Shown here: in pieces, positions 10,930-24,285 of the stretch
Position numbering within the stretch: the stretch's first letter is position 1
Layout of the letters: each line of letters starts with the position of its first letter
NCBI GenBank assembly: GCA_016291085.1
Contig: JAEEVW010000001.1
Span: 64,094-128,093 of the forward strand
Direction of reading: 5' to 3'
DNA from: Prevotella sp.
GTDB lineage: Bacteria; Bacteroidota; Bacteroidia; Bacteroidales; Bacteroidaceae
DNA: 64,000 nucleotides
Made by a program: the position numbers and the translations under genes
Notes under the pieces: model-generated
Told to the model about the DNA's origin: nothing
The model's database searches: none
The model's input: only the letters and a program-made list of their open reading frames with translations

Positions 10930-12306
10930 ATGGAATTAAAAGATATCAAATCAGTATACTTCGTAGGAGCCGGTGGCATTGGCATGAGTGCCCTCGTACG
11001 CTACTTCATTCACCGTGGAGTAGTCGTAGGAGGCTATGATAAGACGCCAAGCACGCTGACCCGTCAGTTGGAAAAGGAAGGAGCACTCATTCATTATGAG
11101 GAAAATGTCGACGAAATCCCTCATGCCTGTCGAAGGGCCGATTCATGTCTGGTGGTCTATACTCCAGCCATTCCTGACGACCATCAGGAAATGAAATACT
11201 TCCGTGAGAATGGTTTCGAGATTCAGAAGCGTGCCCAACTGTTGGGAACGCTGACCCGTCAGCACAAGGGACTCTGTGTGGCAGGAACCCACGGCAAGAC
11301 GACGACATCGACCATGTGTGCTCATATTATGCACCAGAGCCATTTGGATTGTAACGCCTTCCTGGGAGGCATTTCGAAGAACTATGGCACCAACTACATC
11401 CTGTCCGACTCCGACTATGTGGTCATCGAGGCTGATGAGTTCGACCGTTCCTTCCACTGGTTGTCGCCCTATATGACAGTCATTACCTCGACAGACCCCG
11501 ATCATCTGGATATTTATGGCACTAAGGAGGCTTATCTGGAAAGTTTCCGTCACTATACGGAACTGATTCAGCCAAGAGGTGCCCTGATTATCCATCGTGG
11601 CTTGGAGATGCAGGAAAATCTGCCTGATGGCGTGCATCGCTATGACTATGCGTTGAACGAGGGCGATTTCCATGCTGAGAACATCTGCATCGCCAATGGT
11701 GAGATTACCTTCGATTTTGTCTCGCCTATTGAGAGCGTTAAGAACATTCAGTTGGGACAGCCTGTGCCCATCAATATCGAGAATGGTGTGGCTGCTATGG
11801 CGATGGCTCAGCTGGCTGGCTGTACGGCAGAGGAGTTGCGCATTGGTATGAAGACCTATGGTGGTGTGGATCGTCGTTTCGATTTCAAGATCAAGAACGA
11901 CCGCCATGTGTTCCTTTCGGACTATGCTCACCATCCGAAGGAGATCTATCAGAGTGCACGCAGTATCCGTGAACTCTATCAAGACCGGAAGATTACTGCT
12001 ATTTTCCAGCCTCACCTCTATACGCGCACTCGCGACTTCTACAAGGACTTCGCTGAGGCACTGAGCTTGCTCGACGAGGTCATTCTCACCGAGATATATC
12101 CTGCCCGTGAACTGCCTATCGAAGGTGTTACTTCGCAGCTTATCTACGACAACCTGCGTCCAGGCATCGAGAAGCAGATTATCCGTAAGGACGATGTATT
12201 GTCACTCGTCAAGTCACGCGACTTTGACGTGCTGATTGTGCTGGGAGCTGGTGATCTTGATAATATGGTGCCTGAGATAACCGGAATATTAAATAGAAAG
12301 AAATAA
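10930..12306 (+). CDS. murC: UDP-MurNAc--L-Ala ligase
   Basis: GAGGIGMSA, AGTHGKTTT, EADEFDRSF, DYAHHP, FQPHLYTRT. Confidence 0.98.
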   Translation: MELKDIKSVYFVGAGGIGMSALVRYFIHRGVVVGGYDKTPSTLTRQLEKEGALIHYEENVDEIPHACRRADSCLVVYTPAIPDDHQEMKYFRENGFEIQKRAQLLGTLTRQHKGLCVAGTHGKTTTSTMCAHIMHQSHLDCNAFLGGISKNYGTNYILSDSDYVVIEADEFDRSFHWLSPYMTVITSTDPDHLDIYGTKEAYLESFRHYTELIQPRGALIIHRGLEMQENLPDGVHRYDYALNEGDFHAENICIANGEITFDFVSPIESVKNIQLGQPVPINIENGVAAMAMAQLAGCTAEELRIGMKTYGGVDRRFDFKIKNDRHVFLSDYAHHPKEIYQSARSIRELYQDRKITAIFQPHLYTRTRDFYKDFAEALSLLDEVILTEIYPARELPIEGVTSQLIYDNLRPGIEKQIIRKDDVLSLVKSRDFDVLIVLGAGDLDNMVPEITGILNRKK

Positions 12307-12316
12307 GCAATCCTAC

Positions 12317-13078
12317 ATGAGCATCACCTGGAAGAAATCATTCATCATCTTGATAGATGTCGCCCTGACTGTCTATCTCGTCTTCGCCATCACGACATTC
12401 AATCGTCCTGATGAACTCTCCAATGTGTGTTCTGAGGTGAAGATAAATATCCAGGAAGGTGAGGTGAAAGGGTTCCTGAATCCAAACGAAATCAAGTCGC
12501 AGCTCCAGCATGCCCGACTCTATCCTTTGGGCGATCCTATGAGTCAGGTGTCTGGACGCAAGATAGAGGAGAACTTATCGAAAAACCCGCTCGTTGAGAG
12601 TGTTCAGTGCTATAAGACCCAAACGGGCCGTGTGTTCATTACTTTGTCACAACGTCTGCCTGTAGTCCGTGTCAAGGCGGAAAACGGTGACGACTATTAT
12701 GTCGACACCCATGGCAACATCATGCCTAATACGCAGCATGTCAGCGACTTGGTGGTGGTAACGGGACATGTGACACGCAAGTATGCCAAGAGTGTGCTGC
12801 CTCTTGTGGGCAATTTCCTGATTCAGAATAAGATGTGGCGTGCCGAGGCCGAACAGCTCAACGTGCTTGCTGATGGTTCCATGGAGTTGATACCCCGAGT
12901 TGGCGATCATATTGTCTATCTTGGTCAGCCTACGAATCTCGACAAGAAGCTAAGCCGTCTGGAGAAGTTCTATAAATACGGACTCTCAAAGGCTGGCTGG
13001 AACAAATATTCCTATATCAGTCTGGAGTTCGACAATCAGATTATCTGTAAGAAAAACAAGAAAATAAATCAAATATAA
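12317..13078 (+). CDS. ftsQ: Cell division protein FtsQ/DivIB
   Basis: N-terminal TM plus POTRA-like region; between murC and ftsA. Confidence 0.88.
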   Translation: MSITWKKSFIILIDVALTVYLVFAITTFNRPDELSNVCSEVKINIQEGEVKGFLNPNEIKSQLQHARLYPLGDPMSQVSGRKIEENLSKNPLVESVQCYKTQTGRVFITLSQRLPVVRVKAENGDDYYVDTHGNIMPNTQHVSDLVVVTGHVTRKYAKSVLPLVGNFLIQNKMWRAEAEQLNVLADGSMELIPRVGDHIVYLGQPTNLDKKLSRLEKFYKYGLSKAGWNKYSYISLEFDNQIICKKNKKINQI

Positions 13079-13084
13079 AGAGAG

Positions 13085-14539
13085 ATGCCAAAGGAATTTA
13101 TCGTAGCTATTGAACTGGGATCATCAAAGATGACCGGTATTGCGGGAAAGAAGAATCTTGACGGCAGTATTCAGGTGTTAGCCTGTGTAAAGGAAGATTC
13201 TTCTTCGTTTATCCGCAAAGGTGTGGTTTACAACATTGACAAGACTGCCCAGTGCCTGACCAACATCATCAGCCGTCTGGAGAAACAGCTCAAGACGGGT
13301 ATTACACAGGTGTATGTGGGTGTTGGCGGACAGTCTATCCGCTCTATTCGCAACCTGATTTCCAAGGACCTGCCTGATGGAACACAAGTCACACAGGACA
13401 TGGTGATTGAACTGATGGATTCTAATCGTAACATGAAATATCCTGATCAGGAAATCCTCGATGCTGCAGTGCAGGAATACAAAGTCGATTCACAATACCA
13501 ACTCGATCCCGTTGGCATCCAGTGCTCGCGTATTGAGGGTAACTTCCTGAACATCCTGCAGCGTAAGGCATTCTACAAGAACCTGAATAAGTGTTTCGAG
13601 ACTGCCGAAATCAATGTGGCAGAGATGTACCTCGCTCCATTGGCTTTGGCCGATAGCGTGCTCACTGAGGCTGAGCGTCGTTCTGGTTGTGCTCTGGTTG
13701 ACCTCGGGGCCGATACCACTACGGTGAGTGTCTATTCCAAGAATGTGCTACGACATCTGGCTGTCATTCCTCTGGGTGCCAACAATATCACTAAGGATAT
13801 AGCCTCGTTGCAGATGGAGGAAAGCGATGCCGAGAAGATGAAGTTGAAGTATGCTTCTGCTTTTACCGATAACAACGATATCGACAACAACATGAAATAC
13901 TCTATCGACCAGGATCGTCAGGTTGAGGTGCGTAAGTTCATCGAGATTGTCGAAGGTCGTTTGGAGGAGATCATTGCCAACGTGTGGTGTCAGATTCCTG
14001 AAGAATACTGTGACAAACTTCTGGGCGGAGTCATCCTCACGGGTGGCGGCGCCAACCTGAAGGACATCGAGAAAGCCTTTCAGAACTACACGCATATTGA
14101 CAAGATCCGCATAGCCAAGTTTGTCACGCAGACCATTACCTCGTCCATTGCCGACATCAACGCCCACGATGGTATGATGAACACTGTGCTTGGATTGCTG
14201 GCAAAGGGCGACATCAATTGTGCTGGCAGCGATTTGGACTACAACAACGACCTCTTTGCCAGCCAGCGTCCACAGATTACTCCGGAGACGCTGGAGCAGC
14301 GTCGTGCCCGTCAGGCCTCAGAGACTCCTGCTGGTGTGGTTCGTACAGCCGACGAAATTCGTCGTGCAGAGGAAGAAGCGCGCCAGAAAAAGGAGGAAGA
14401 AGAGCGTGTGGCTCGTGAGAAAGCCGAGGAGGAAGCCCGCGAGCAGGAGCGTATCCGTAAGGAGAACAGCACTTGGAACAAACTTGGCCGTTGGTTGAAG
14501 CGAGCTGCTAACGAGATTGTCAAGGAAGAAGATGAGTAA
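13085..14539 (+). CDS. ftsA: Cell division protein FtsA
   Basis: IELGSSK, VDLGADTT, LTGGGANL actin fold; C-terminal amphipathic helix. Confidence 0.96.
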   Translation: MPKEFIVAIELGSSKMTGIAGKKNLDGSIQVLACVKEDSSSFIRKGVVYNIDKTAQCLTNIISRLEKQLKTGITQVYVGVGGQSIRSIRNLISKDLPDGTQVTQDMVIELMDSNRNMKYPDQEILDAAVQEYKVDSQYQLDPVGIQCSRIEGNFLNILQRKAFYKNLNKCFETAEINVAEMYLAPLALADSVLTEAERRSGCALVDLGADTTTVSVYSKNVLRHLAVIPLGANNITKDIASLQMEESDAEKMKLKYASAFTDNNDIDNNMKYSIDQDRQVEVRKFIEIVEGRLEEIIANVWCQIPEEYCDKLLGGVILTGGGANLKDIEKAFQNYTHIDKIRIAKFVTQTITSSIADINAHDGMMNTVLGLLAKGDINCAGSDLDYNNDLFASQRPQITPETLEQRRARQASETPAGVVRTADEIRRAEEEARQKKEEEERVAREKAEEEAREQERIRKENSTWNKLGRWLKRAANEIVKEEDE

Positions 14540-14565
14540 AGGACGAAACGAAGAAAAGAAGTATT

Positions 14566-15897
14566 ATGGCAGATAATAATGTATTGCTCGATTTTGGCGA
14601 GCCGGAAAAAGAGAATAGCATCATCAAAGTGATTGGTGTTGGTGGTGGTGGCGGTAATGCCGTTAACCATATGTATCGCGAAGGCATACACGATGTGACC
14701 TTCGTGCTGTGCAACACTGATAATCAGGCTCTGAACGACTCACCCGTTCCTGTCCACCTGCAGCTGGGTAAGGAGGGCCTTGGCGCTGGTAACCGTCCTG
14801 AAAAGGCCCGTGCAGCTGCCGAGGAGAGTCTGGACGATATCAAAAACGTGTTGAGCGATGGCACACGTATGGCCTTCATCACTGCCGGTATGGGTGGTGG
14901 TACAGGAACTGGCGCAGCTCCTGTCATTGCCCGTGTCTCGAAGGAGATGGGCATTCTGACGGTGGGCATCGTCACCATTCCGTTCCGTTTCGAGGGCGAT
15001 CGCAAGATTGACCAGGCGCTGGATGGTGTCGAGGAGATGTCGAAGCATGTCGATGCCCTGTTGGTGATCAACAATGAGCGCCTGCGCGAGATTTATCCTG
15101 AACTCACTGTGCTCGATGCCTTTGGCAAGGCTGACGATACGCTCAGCGTGGCTGCTAAGTCAATTGCTGAGATTATCACCGTCCACGGACTTATCAACCT
15201 CGACTTCAATGACGTGAAGACCGTCCTGAAGGATGGTGGCGTGGCCATCATGTCTACTGGCTATGGCGAGGGCGAAGGCCGTGTCAAGAAAGCCATCGAC
15301 GACGCTTTGAATTCTCCGTTGCTCAACGAGAACGATGTCTTCAACTCCAAGAAGATCCTGCTTAGCATTTCATTTGCAGGCAACAAGGACGGCAGTGGTT
15401 CGCTGATGATGGAGGAGATGAATGACGTCAACGACTTCATGGGTAAGTTCGGCAACGACTTCGAAATCAAGTGGGGACTGGCTACCGATCCAGAACTGGG
15501 CAAGAAGGTAAAGGTCACCATTCTGGCAACAGGTTTTGGCATCGATCGTGTCGATGGTATGTCAAGCCACCGTCAGCATCGCAACACCCAGGAGGAGGCC
15601 ACCCGTATTGCTGCCGAGCAGGAGAAGGAGGCCCAGCGTCAGGATCGTCGAAATCGCTACTATGGAGGCGACGGACAAAGCAAGCGCTACAAGCGCCGTC
15701 CGCACATTTATCTGTTCCGTCCTGAGGACCTCGACAACGACGATGTCATCTCTGCTGTTGAACAGACTCCGACCTATAAGCGTACTCGCGAGATATTGGA
15801 CAGCATCTATTCGCAGGCCAGTGGTGAAGAGCCCCCTCAGAAGGAAGAAGCTCCCCAGCAGGATAACCCTGTGCAGGGAACGATTAAGTTTGGTTAG
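14566..15897 (+). CDS. ftsZ: Cell division protein FtsZ
   Basis: GGGGGNAVN, GMGGGTGTG, NLDFNDV. Confidence 0.99.
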   Translation: MADNNVLLDFGEPEKENSIIKVIGVGGGGGNAVNHMYREGIHDVTFVLCNTDNQALNDSPVPVHLQLGKEGLGAGNRPEKARAAAEESLDDIKNVLSDGTRMAFITAGMGGGTGTGAAPVIARVSKEMGILTVGIVTIPFRFEGDRKIDQALDGVEEMSKHVDALLVINNERLREIYPELTVLDAFGKADDTLSVAAKSIAEIITVHGLINLDFNDVKTVLKDGGVAIMSTGYGEGEGRVKKAIDDALNSPLLNENDVFNSKKILLSISFAGNKDGSGSLMMEEMNDVNDFMGKFGNDFEIKWGLATDPELGKKVKVTILATGFGIDRVDGMSSHRQHRNTQEEATRIAAEQEKEAQRQDRRNRYYGGDGQSKRYKRRPHIYLFRPEDLDNDDVISAVEQTPTYKRTREILDSIYSQASGEEPPQKEEAPQQDNPVQGTIKFG

Positions 15898-16850
15898 AAT
15901 ACCGCTTTAACGATCTGGCGCACATTGTCCGTCTTGGCCATCGTGTAATAGTGGATGGCAGGCGCACCGTTAGCCAGTAGTTCGCGGCTTTGCTCAATAG
16001 CCCATTCTATGCCTACCTGGTAGGCGTCGAGTGGGTTCTTTGTTTTGTTCAACTCGCTGACCAGTACCTGTGGAATATCAATGTGGAATGAACGGGGCAG
16101 CAGGTCGATTTGTCGCTGGCTGGAGATGGGTTTCAGACCAGGGATGACGGGTACGGTGATGCCAGCCTCTCGCAACTGTTTTACAAAATGGAAATACTGG
16201 CTATTGTCGAAAAACATCTGTGTCACGATATAATCGGCACCAGCCTCAACCTTTTCCTTCAGATGCTGGATGTCGGTATCCAGATTGGCGGCTTCATAGT
16301 GCTTCTCCGGATAGGCTGCCACACCCACGCAGAAGTCTGTCGAAAGACCGTTCTTCACTGTTGGGTCTAAGTATTGTCCCTCATTCAGATTGTGAATCAT
16401 TCCCACCAGCTCTGAGCTGTGGCTGAAACCGTCAGGTTCTGGAATGAAGAAACGCTGTCCGGGTATGGCGTCGCCACGCAAGGCTACGACGTTCTGAATG
16501 CCCAGGAAGTGCAGGTCCAGCAGTTCGCTCTCAACTTTACTGCGCGAGGCACCACCGCAAATCACGTGCGGCACGATTTCCAGTTGCGGAAAACGTCGCA
16601 TGATGGCTGCCACGATAGCAATGGTGCTAGGTCGCTTGGCCAGTGTCATCTTCGTGTAGGTGCCGTCACTGTTGAGCACGTATTCTACCTCGTCGCGATG
16701 GCAGGTGACATTGATAAACGGTGGTTCGAACTCCATCAGCGGATCAATGCTGTCATAGAGTCGGGTGACATCGCTGCCTTTTAGGGGCGGTACCAGTTCG
16801 AAGCTGGCAAACGGGTGTTGTGAGCTGTTCAGAATGTCGATAACTTTCAT
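15894..16850 (-). CDS. metF: 5,10-methylenetetrahydrofolate reductase
   Basis: SFELVPP, VVALRGD, AAYPEKH, GADYIVTQMFFD, HYYTM. Confidence 0.96.
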   Translation of the reverse strand: MKVIDILNSSQHPFASFELVPPLKGSDVTRLYDSIDPLMEFEPPFINVTCHRDEVEYVLNSDGTYTKMTLAKRPSTIAIVAAIMRRFPQLEIVPHVICGGASRSKVESELLDLHFLGIQNVVALRGDAIPGQRFFIPEPDGFSHSSELVGMIHNLNEGQYLDPTVKNGLSTDFCVGVAAYPEKHYEAANLDTDIQHLKEKVEAGADYIVTQMFFDNSQYFHFVKQLREAGITVPVIPGLKPISSQRQIDLLPRSFHIDIPQVLVSELNKTKNPLDAYQVGIEWAIEQSRELLANGAPAIHYYTMAKTDNVRQIVKAVF

Positions 16851-16877
16851 TGTTCTTTTCCATTTTTCGTGATTCCG

Positions 16878-20555
<3,678 letters not shown>

Positions 20556-20578
20556 TGATGTTTGGTTTCTCTTTCTTC

Positions 20579-22084
20579 TTATCCGCAGTGGAAGTATTTC
20601 GTGACCAGCTTTTGGATTTCCTCCTGATACCCCTCAATATTCTTGCGCAACGTCTTGTCATCGAAGGCACGCAGCTGGGCGATGATACCGTCAATCATAG
20701 CAGGCGAGAACACGTTATGCCCCTCGAATACCTTACGCTGGCGCTCCAGACAGTCGGCACTGGCCACACACGAGTCAGGCAGCTGGTCGAGGGTTTCCAA
20801 ACGAGCGGCATTCTCTGCAGCATGGATGTTCACGTTGACGTAGGTCTTTTCGGCCACCTCCAGCGCGTTCTGCATCTCGAAGCCGTGACGACAGGCTACA
20901 CACAGTCCTGCCAACAGCTGATACAGGTCGGCACTGCCATCTGGCGAGCGCATCTCCACCGTCTGTTTGATGCTCGTGTCGTAGTTGGTCTTTGGCTCCA
21001 ACGGATTGGCAGCATGACTCATATCCACATGTGCTGCCCAACCAAGTGGCACGCGTACCAGCACCGAGCGGTTGCGGTCGCCCCAGCAGACATTCGTTGG
21101 AGCCTCCTGATGAGGCACCAAACGGAAATAACTCGTCGGATTCTTATTGCCGAAAGCGGTAATTGATGGTGCCAGTTCCATCATGCCTGCAATCATCTTG
21201 CGCGCACTCTCGCTGAGCACACCATTGGTTAGCATCTGGTTCTTGCCGTCCTTCATCATACGCATATGGATATGCAGACCTGAACCCGCCTTACCTGTTG
21301 TGATCTTCGGAGCGAAGGTCACGTCGTACCCCATCTGATAACCCAGGTTGCGGATAATCCACTTCGCCAGCATCAATTGGTCGGCAGCTTGTTCTACAGG
21401 CACGGGCAGGAACTCAATCTCGTTCTGCTCGTAGTTCTTGCCATCGATGGTGAAATTACCCACCTCCGAATGGCCGTACTTGATCTGACCGCCAGCCTGA
21501 GCAATATACTGCATGCACTGCGTGCGGAACTCATTGGCCTTGGCGTAAGGAGCCGACTCGTGATAACCCTTCTGGTCCTGGGCTGGGAACACCTGCTCAT
21601 CGTCGCTGATGACGTAATACTCCAGCTCACCCATCGCCTGATACTCCATACCCGTCACCTCGCGGAAAGCCTCAGCAGCTTTGTGCAGCGTATATTCAGG
21701 CGACGACTCCAGCGGGTTGCCGTCCTTGTCGAAATACGAGCACAGCAGCGATACGGTGGGAATCTCAGCAAACGGATCCACGAAAGCCGTACGGAAGCGG
21801 GGCAACACATACAGGTCGCTCGATCCTGCCTGGATAAACGAGAACAGGCTACTACCGTCCACACGCTCGCCACATGTCAGAATGGTCTCCAGATAGTCCA
21901 GGTCGTTGATGACGAAGTTCAGCGTCTTCAACTTCCCGTCACCGCCCGGATACATGAAGTTCACCATGCGGATGTCGTTATTCACGATGTAGTCGATGAT
22001 GTCGGCCTTGGTCAGTTCCGAAGCTGGTTTCTGAAGTGCCGATACTATCAGATTGGCGTTCAGTTTCAAGTGCTTATTCTCCAT
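20579..22084 (-). CDS. glnA: Glutamine synthetase family protein (GSI-like)
   Basis: DGSS, MGELEYY, HSEV, GSGLHIH, RNRSVLVRVP, EMRSPD; start refined to MENKHL after promoter box 22114-22121. Confidence 0.9.
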   Translation of the reverse strand: MENKHLKLNANLIVSALQKPASELTKADIIDYIVNNDIRMVNFMYPGGDGKLKTLNFVINDLDYLETILTCGERVDGSSLFSFIQAGSSDLYVLPRFRTAFVDPFAEIPTVSLLCSYFDKDGNPLESSPEYTLHKAAEAFREVTGMEYQAMGELEYYVISDDEQVFPAQDQKGYHESAPYAKANEFRTQCMQYIAQAGGQIKYGHSEVGNFTIDGKNYEQNEIEFLPVPVEQAADQLMLAKWIIRNLGYQMGYDVTFAPKITTGKAGSGLHIHMRMMKDGKNQMLTNGVLSESARKMIAGMMELAPSITAFGNKNPTSYFRLVPHQEAPTNVCWGDRNRSVLVRVPLGWAAHVDMSHAANPLEPKTNYDTSIKQTVEMRSPDGSADLYQLLAGLCVACRHGFEMQNALEVAEKTYVNVNIHAAENAARLETLDQLPDSCVASADCLERQRKVFEGHNVFSPAMIDGIIAQLRAFDDKTLRKNIEGYQEEIQKLVTKYFHCG

Positions 22085-22190
22085 AATTGTTTGAAGTTTA
22101 TGTAATTTGGCGACAAAAGTACACAAAAAAAATGATATCTGCAAATGATGTGCAGAATTTATGGTAGTAAAGTCGCTTGATAGGTGAACT

Positions 22191-22219
22191 AAAAAAAGGA
22201 CGTCAACGACGTCCTTTTT
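22191..22219. terminator. Intrinsic terminator closing the hipA transcript (potentially bidirectional)
   Basis: AAAAAAAGGACGTC-aac-GACGTCCTTTTT. Confidence 0.85.
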
Positions 22220-22310
22220 CAATGCGAACCTCCAGCACTGTCGCTACGTAGTATACTGGATTAAGAGCCTCCCGACATGCGGGAGGCGGCTATAATGCAG
22301 AGGGCAATAT

Positions 22311-23825
22311 TTAATTCCGTTCTAAATAGCGGGGTAGGAACAACTCCTCTACGAATTGGCGCAGGGCTTCCTGCGTCATTTTCGTACCACCCTTTTCAAT
22401 GGCCAGTTTTCCATTGGGTGACTTTGCACTGAACGTCACTTTAAACTCCTGTCCATTGAGTTTGGCCGTCAAGCGCATGGCACCATTGCCCATTTCCTCC
22501 CATTGGGCATTCTCCACATGCACGTCACCCAGCATGAAGCTGAAAACATGCGGCTTATAGCCATGCAGTCCTGACAGCAGGTCTGGCGACATCTCGGCAA
22601 AGTGGCGCTCAACCTTGTCAATCCAAGGCTCGCTGACGCCATAACGTGCAGCAACTGTTCTAAACTCCATGACGGCATCTACACATTCCTTGATGATGGC
22701 ATTGGGATTCTTGATGTTATAGATACGTCCCAGCGTCAACAGGTCATTGGCATTAACATTCATGGTCTTGCCGTTGAGGCTTAGATAGTGGGCAGGATCG
22801 AACTTGTTGCCAGAATTGAAACAGGAGAACGTTAGGTCATAGGCAGGTGTGATATGCCAGTCGCCCCCTTCTTTCATCATAAACGAAAAATTCTTGATGT
22901 GGGCATCTACGTTGGTAGTTAGAATATTGAACACGGCTCGACGATAGGTCTCCTCTACTTCAGCGTATGGCAGCTGCAGTTTCAGGCAGACATCCATCAG
23001 GTCCTCATACGAAGAAGCATCTGGCATCATAGCGGCCAACGTCTGCGTGTGAAGTTTCTGTCCGTTCTGACGGTCATAGCGTTCTGTCAGGAAATGGCGC
23101 TCACTACCAATATCAATCAGTTGCGAAGGCATCATGTGAATAGCACACAACTGTGCCATATCGTAGTATGCCATCTCGATACGGGTTAGCGGATAGTGCT
23201 CATGTTCCTCGAACTTCAGCAGATAATAGGTATAGTCATCCGACAAGTGAATCTGCCCGCTACGAATCTCACCATTCTTTTTGTTGATGGCAATAACTGC
23301 TTTTGCATGATTGCCGCCAGCCGACGTGCCCACCTCGTAGAGCACATCCATATTCAAATGCTGCGTGTTAGCTGTCACCTGCTCACGGTTTTTCAGAATC
23401 TCCTTAGCTCGCAGATAAAGATCATTCAAGGCAATATCCTTGTTTTCGTCGATAGGGATAGCTGGCTCAAACTCCAAGGCACCCATGCCACGACTTCCGA
23501 TAAAGGCTAACTTGTCAATGGGGGTTATCTGCTTTGAACTCAAATGATGTTCTGCTACCCATGCGTTATAGACGGCATTACCCCATCCGCCTGGCAGTGA
23601 GTCGGCGATGAAGGCAGGCAGTCCAGAAAAGATATCTCTGTCCGTTTCTCCTAAAAACGGCAGACTGTAGCGAGGGTTATGAATGGATGCCGTCAGTGGT
23701 GCGATATCCACGCCACGGCTGATAAACTCCTTATCATAACTGAAGATGGCACGCTTGCGCTGAGGGTCCCACATAATGGTGCCTACAGGCTTGCCCCATA
23801 TCTTAACCAATACTACGTTTTCCAT
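22311..23825 (-). CDS. hipA: HipA-family Ser/Thr kinase toxin with extra C-terminal domain
   Basis: N-terminal IWGKPVG..FSYD coupling domain, SAGG..K loop, NVDAHIKNFSF, PAYDL; start refined to MENVV. Confidence 0.92.
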   Translation of the reverse strand: MENVVLVKIWGKPVGTIMWDPQRKRAIFSYDKEFISRGVDIAPLTASIHNPRYSLPFLGETDRDIFSGLPAFIADSLPGGWGNAVYNAWVAEHHLSSKQITPIDKLAFIGSRGMGALEFEPAIPIDENKDIALNDLYLRAKEILKNREQVTANTQHLNMDVLYEVGTSAGGNHAKAVIAINKKNGEIRSGQIHLSDDYTYYLLKFEEHEHYPLTRIEMAYYDMAQLCAIHMMPSQLIDIGSERHFLTERYDRQNGQKLHTQTLAAMMPDASSYEDLMDVCLKLQLPYAEVEETYRRAVFNILTTNVDAHIKNFSFMMKEGGDWHITPAYDLTFSCFNSGNKFDPAHYLSLNGKTMNVNANDLLTLGRIYNIKNPNAIIKECVDAVMEFRTVAARYGVSEPWIDKVERHFAEMSPDLLSGLHGYKPHVFSFMLGDVHVENAQWEEMGNGAMRLTAKLNGQEFKVTFSAKSPNGKLAIEKGGTKMTQEALRQFVEELFLPRYLERN

Positions 23826-24135
23826 GACTTGCTCGTTTGCGTTGTTTGTTTTGCATCTTGAATAACAGGTTAGGGTCTGGCAGCATCTCTGGAATGGTGT
23901 CTTCCAGATTATCGGCAAAACCGATGGCCTGAAGCATGGCAATAAAGTGTGCCAGCGTGAGGTTGAAAGTCAGCCCGTTTTCAAAACGGCGGATAGTACT
24001 CAAGCTGATACCCGTCTTTTCAGACACTTCCTGCTGGGTAATTTCCATGGCTATCCGTGTAGCCTTGAATCGCTGGCCAAGGAAGAGGATAATTCTTGCT
24101 GGCGACTGGTTTTGTGCATCTAATCTCGTACTCAT
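23803..24135 (-). CDS. XRE-family HTH protein, HipB-like antitoxin/repressor
   Basis: ITQQEVSEKTGISLSTIRRFENG; overlaps the hipA start by 23 nt. Confidence 0.9.
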   Translation of the reverse strand: MSTRLDAQNQSPARIILFLGQRFKATRIAMEITQQEVSEKTGISLSTIRRFENGLTFNLTLAHFIAMLQAIGFADNLEDTIPEMLPDPNLLFKMQNKQRKRASHGKRSIG

Positions 24136-24248
24136 GGGTGCAAAGATACGGATTATTCTATAAAGATGTTCAGTAGGTCCTCATATTTTACAGATTATTA
24201 ACGTTGCGGTCTTTTATGAACGTATATACAATGTTTTTTTGTATAAAA

Positions 24249-24262
24249 GTTCATATATGAAC
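24249..24262. promoter_or_regulatory. Palindromic operator candidate for the XRE protein
   Basis: Perfect GTTCATATATGAAC; extra half-site TATGAAC 24215-24221; promoter box CAAAGATA at 24141-24148. Confidence 0.55.
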
Positions 24263-24285
24263 GAATATCCACGAGCAAAAACTCT

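Noticed and set aside
373-15897. No murF/ddl in the dcw cluster
   Set aside because: Usual Bacteroidetes arrangement
22190-22310. SAM, cobalamin, ZTP or glutamine riboswitch, or twister ribozyme
   Set aside because: Core consensus elements not found; glnA has its own promoter downstream of the terminator
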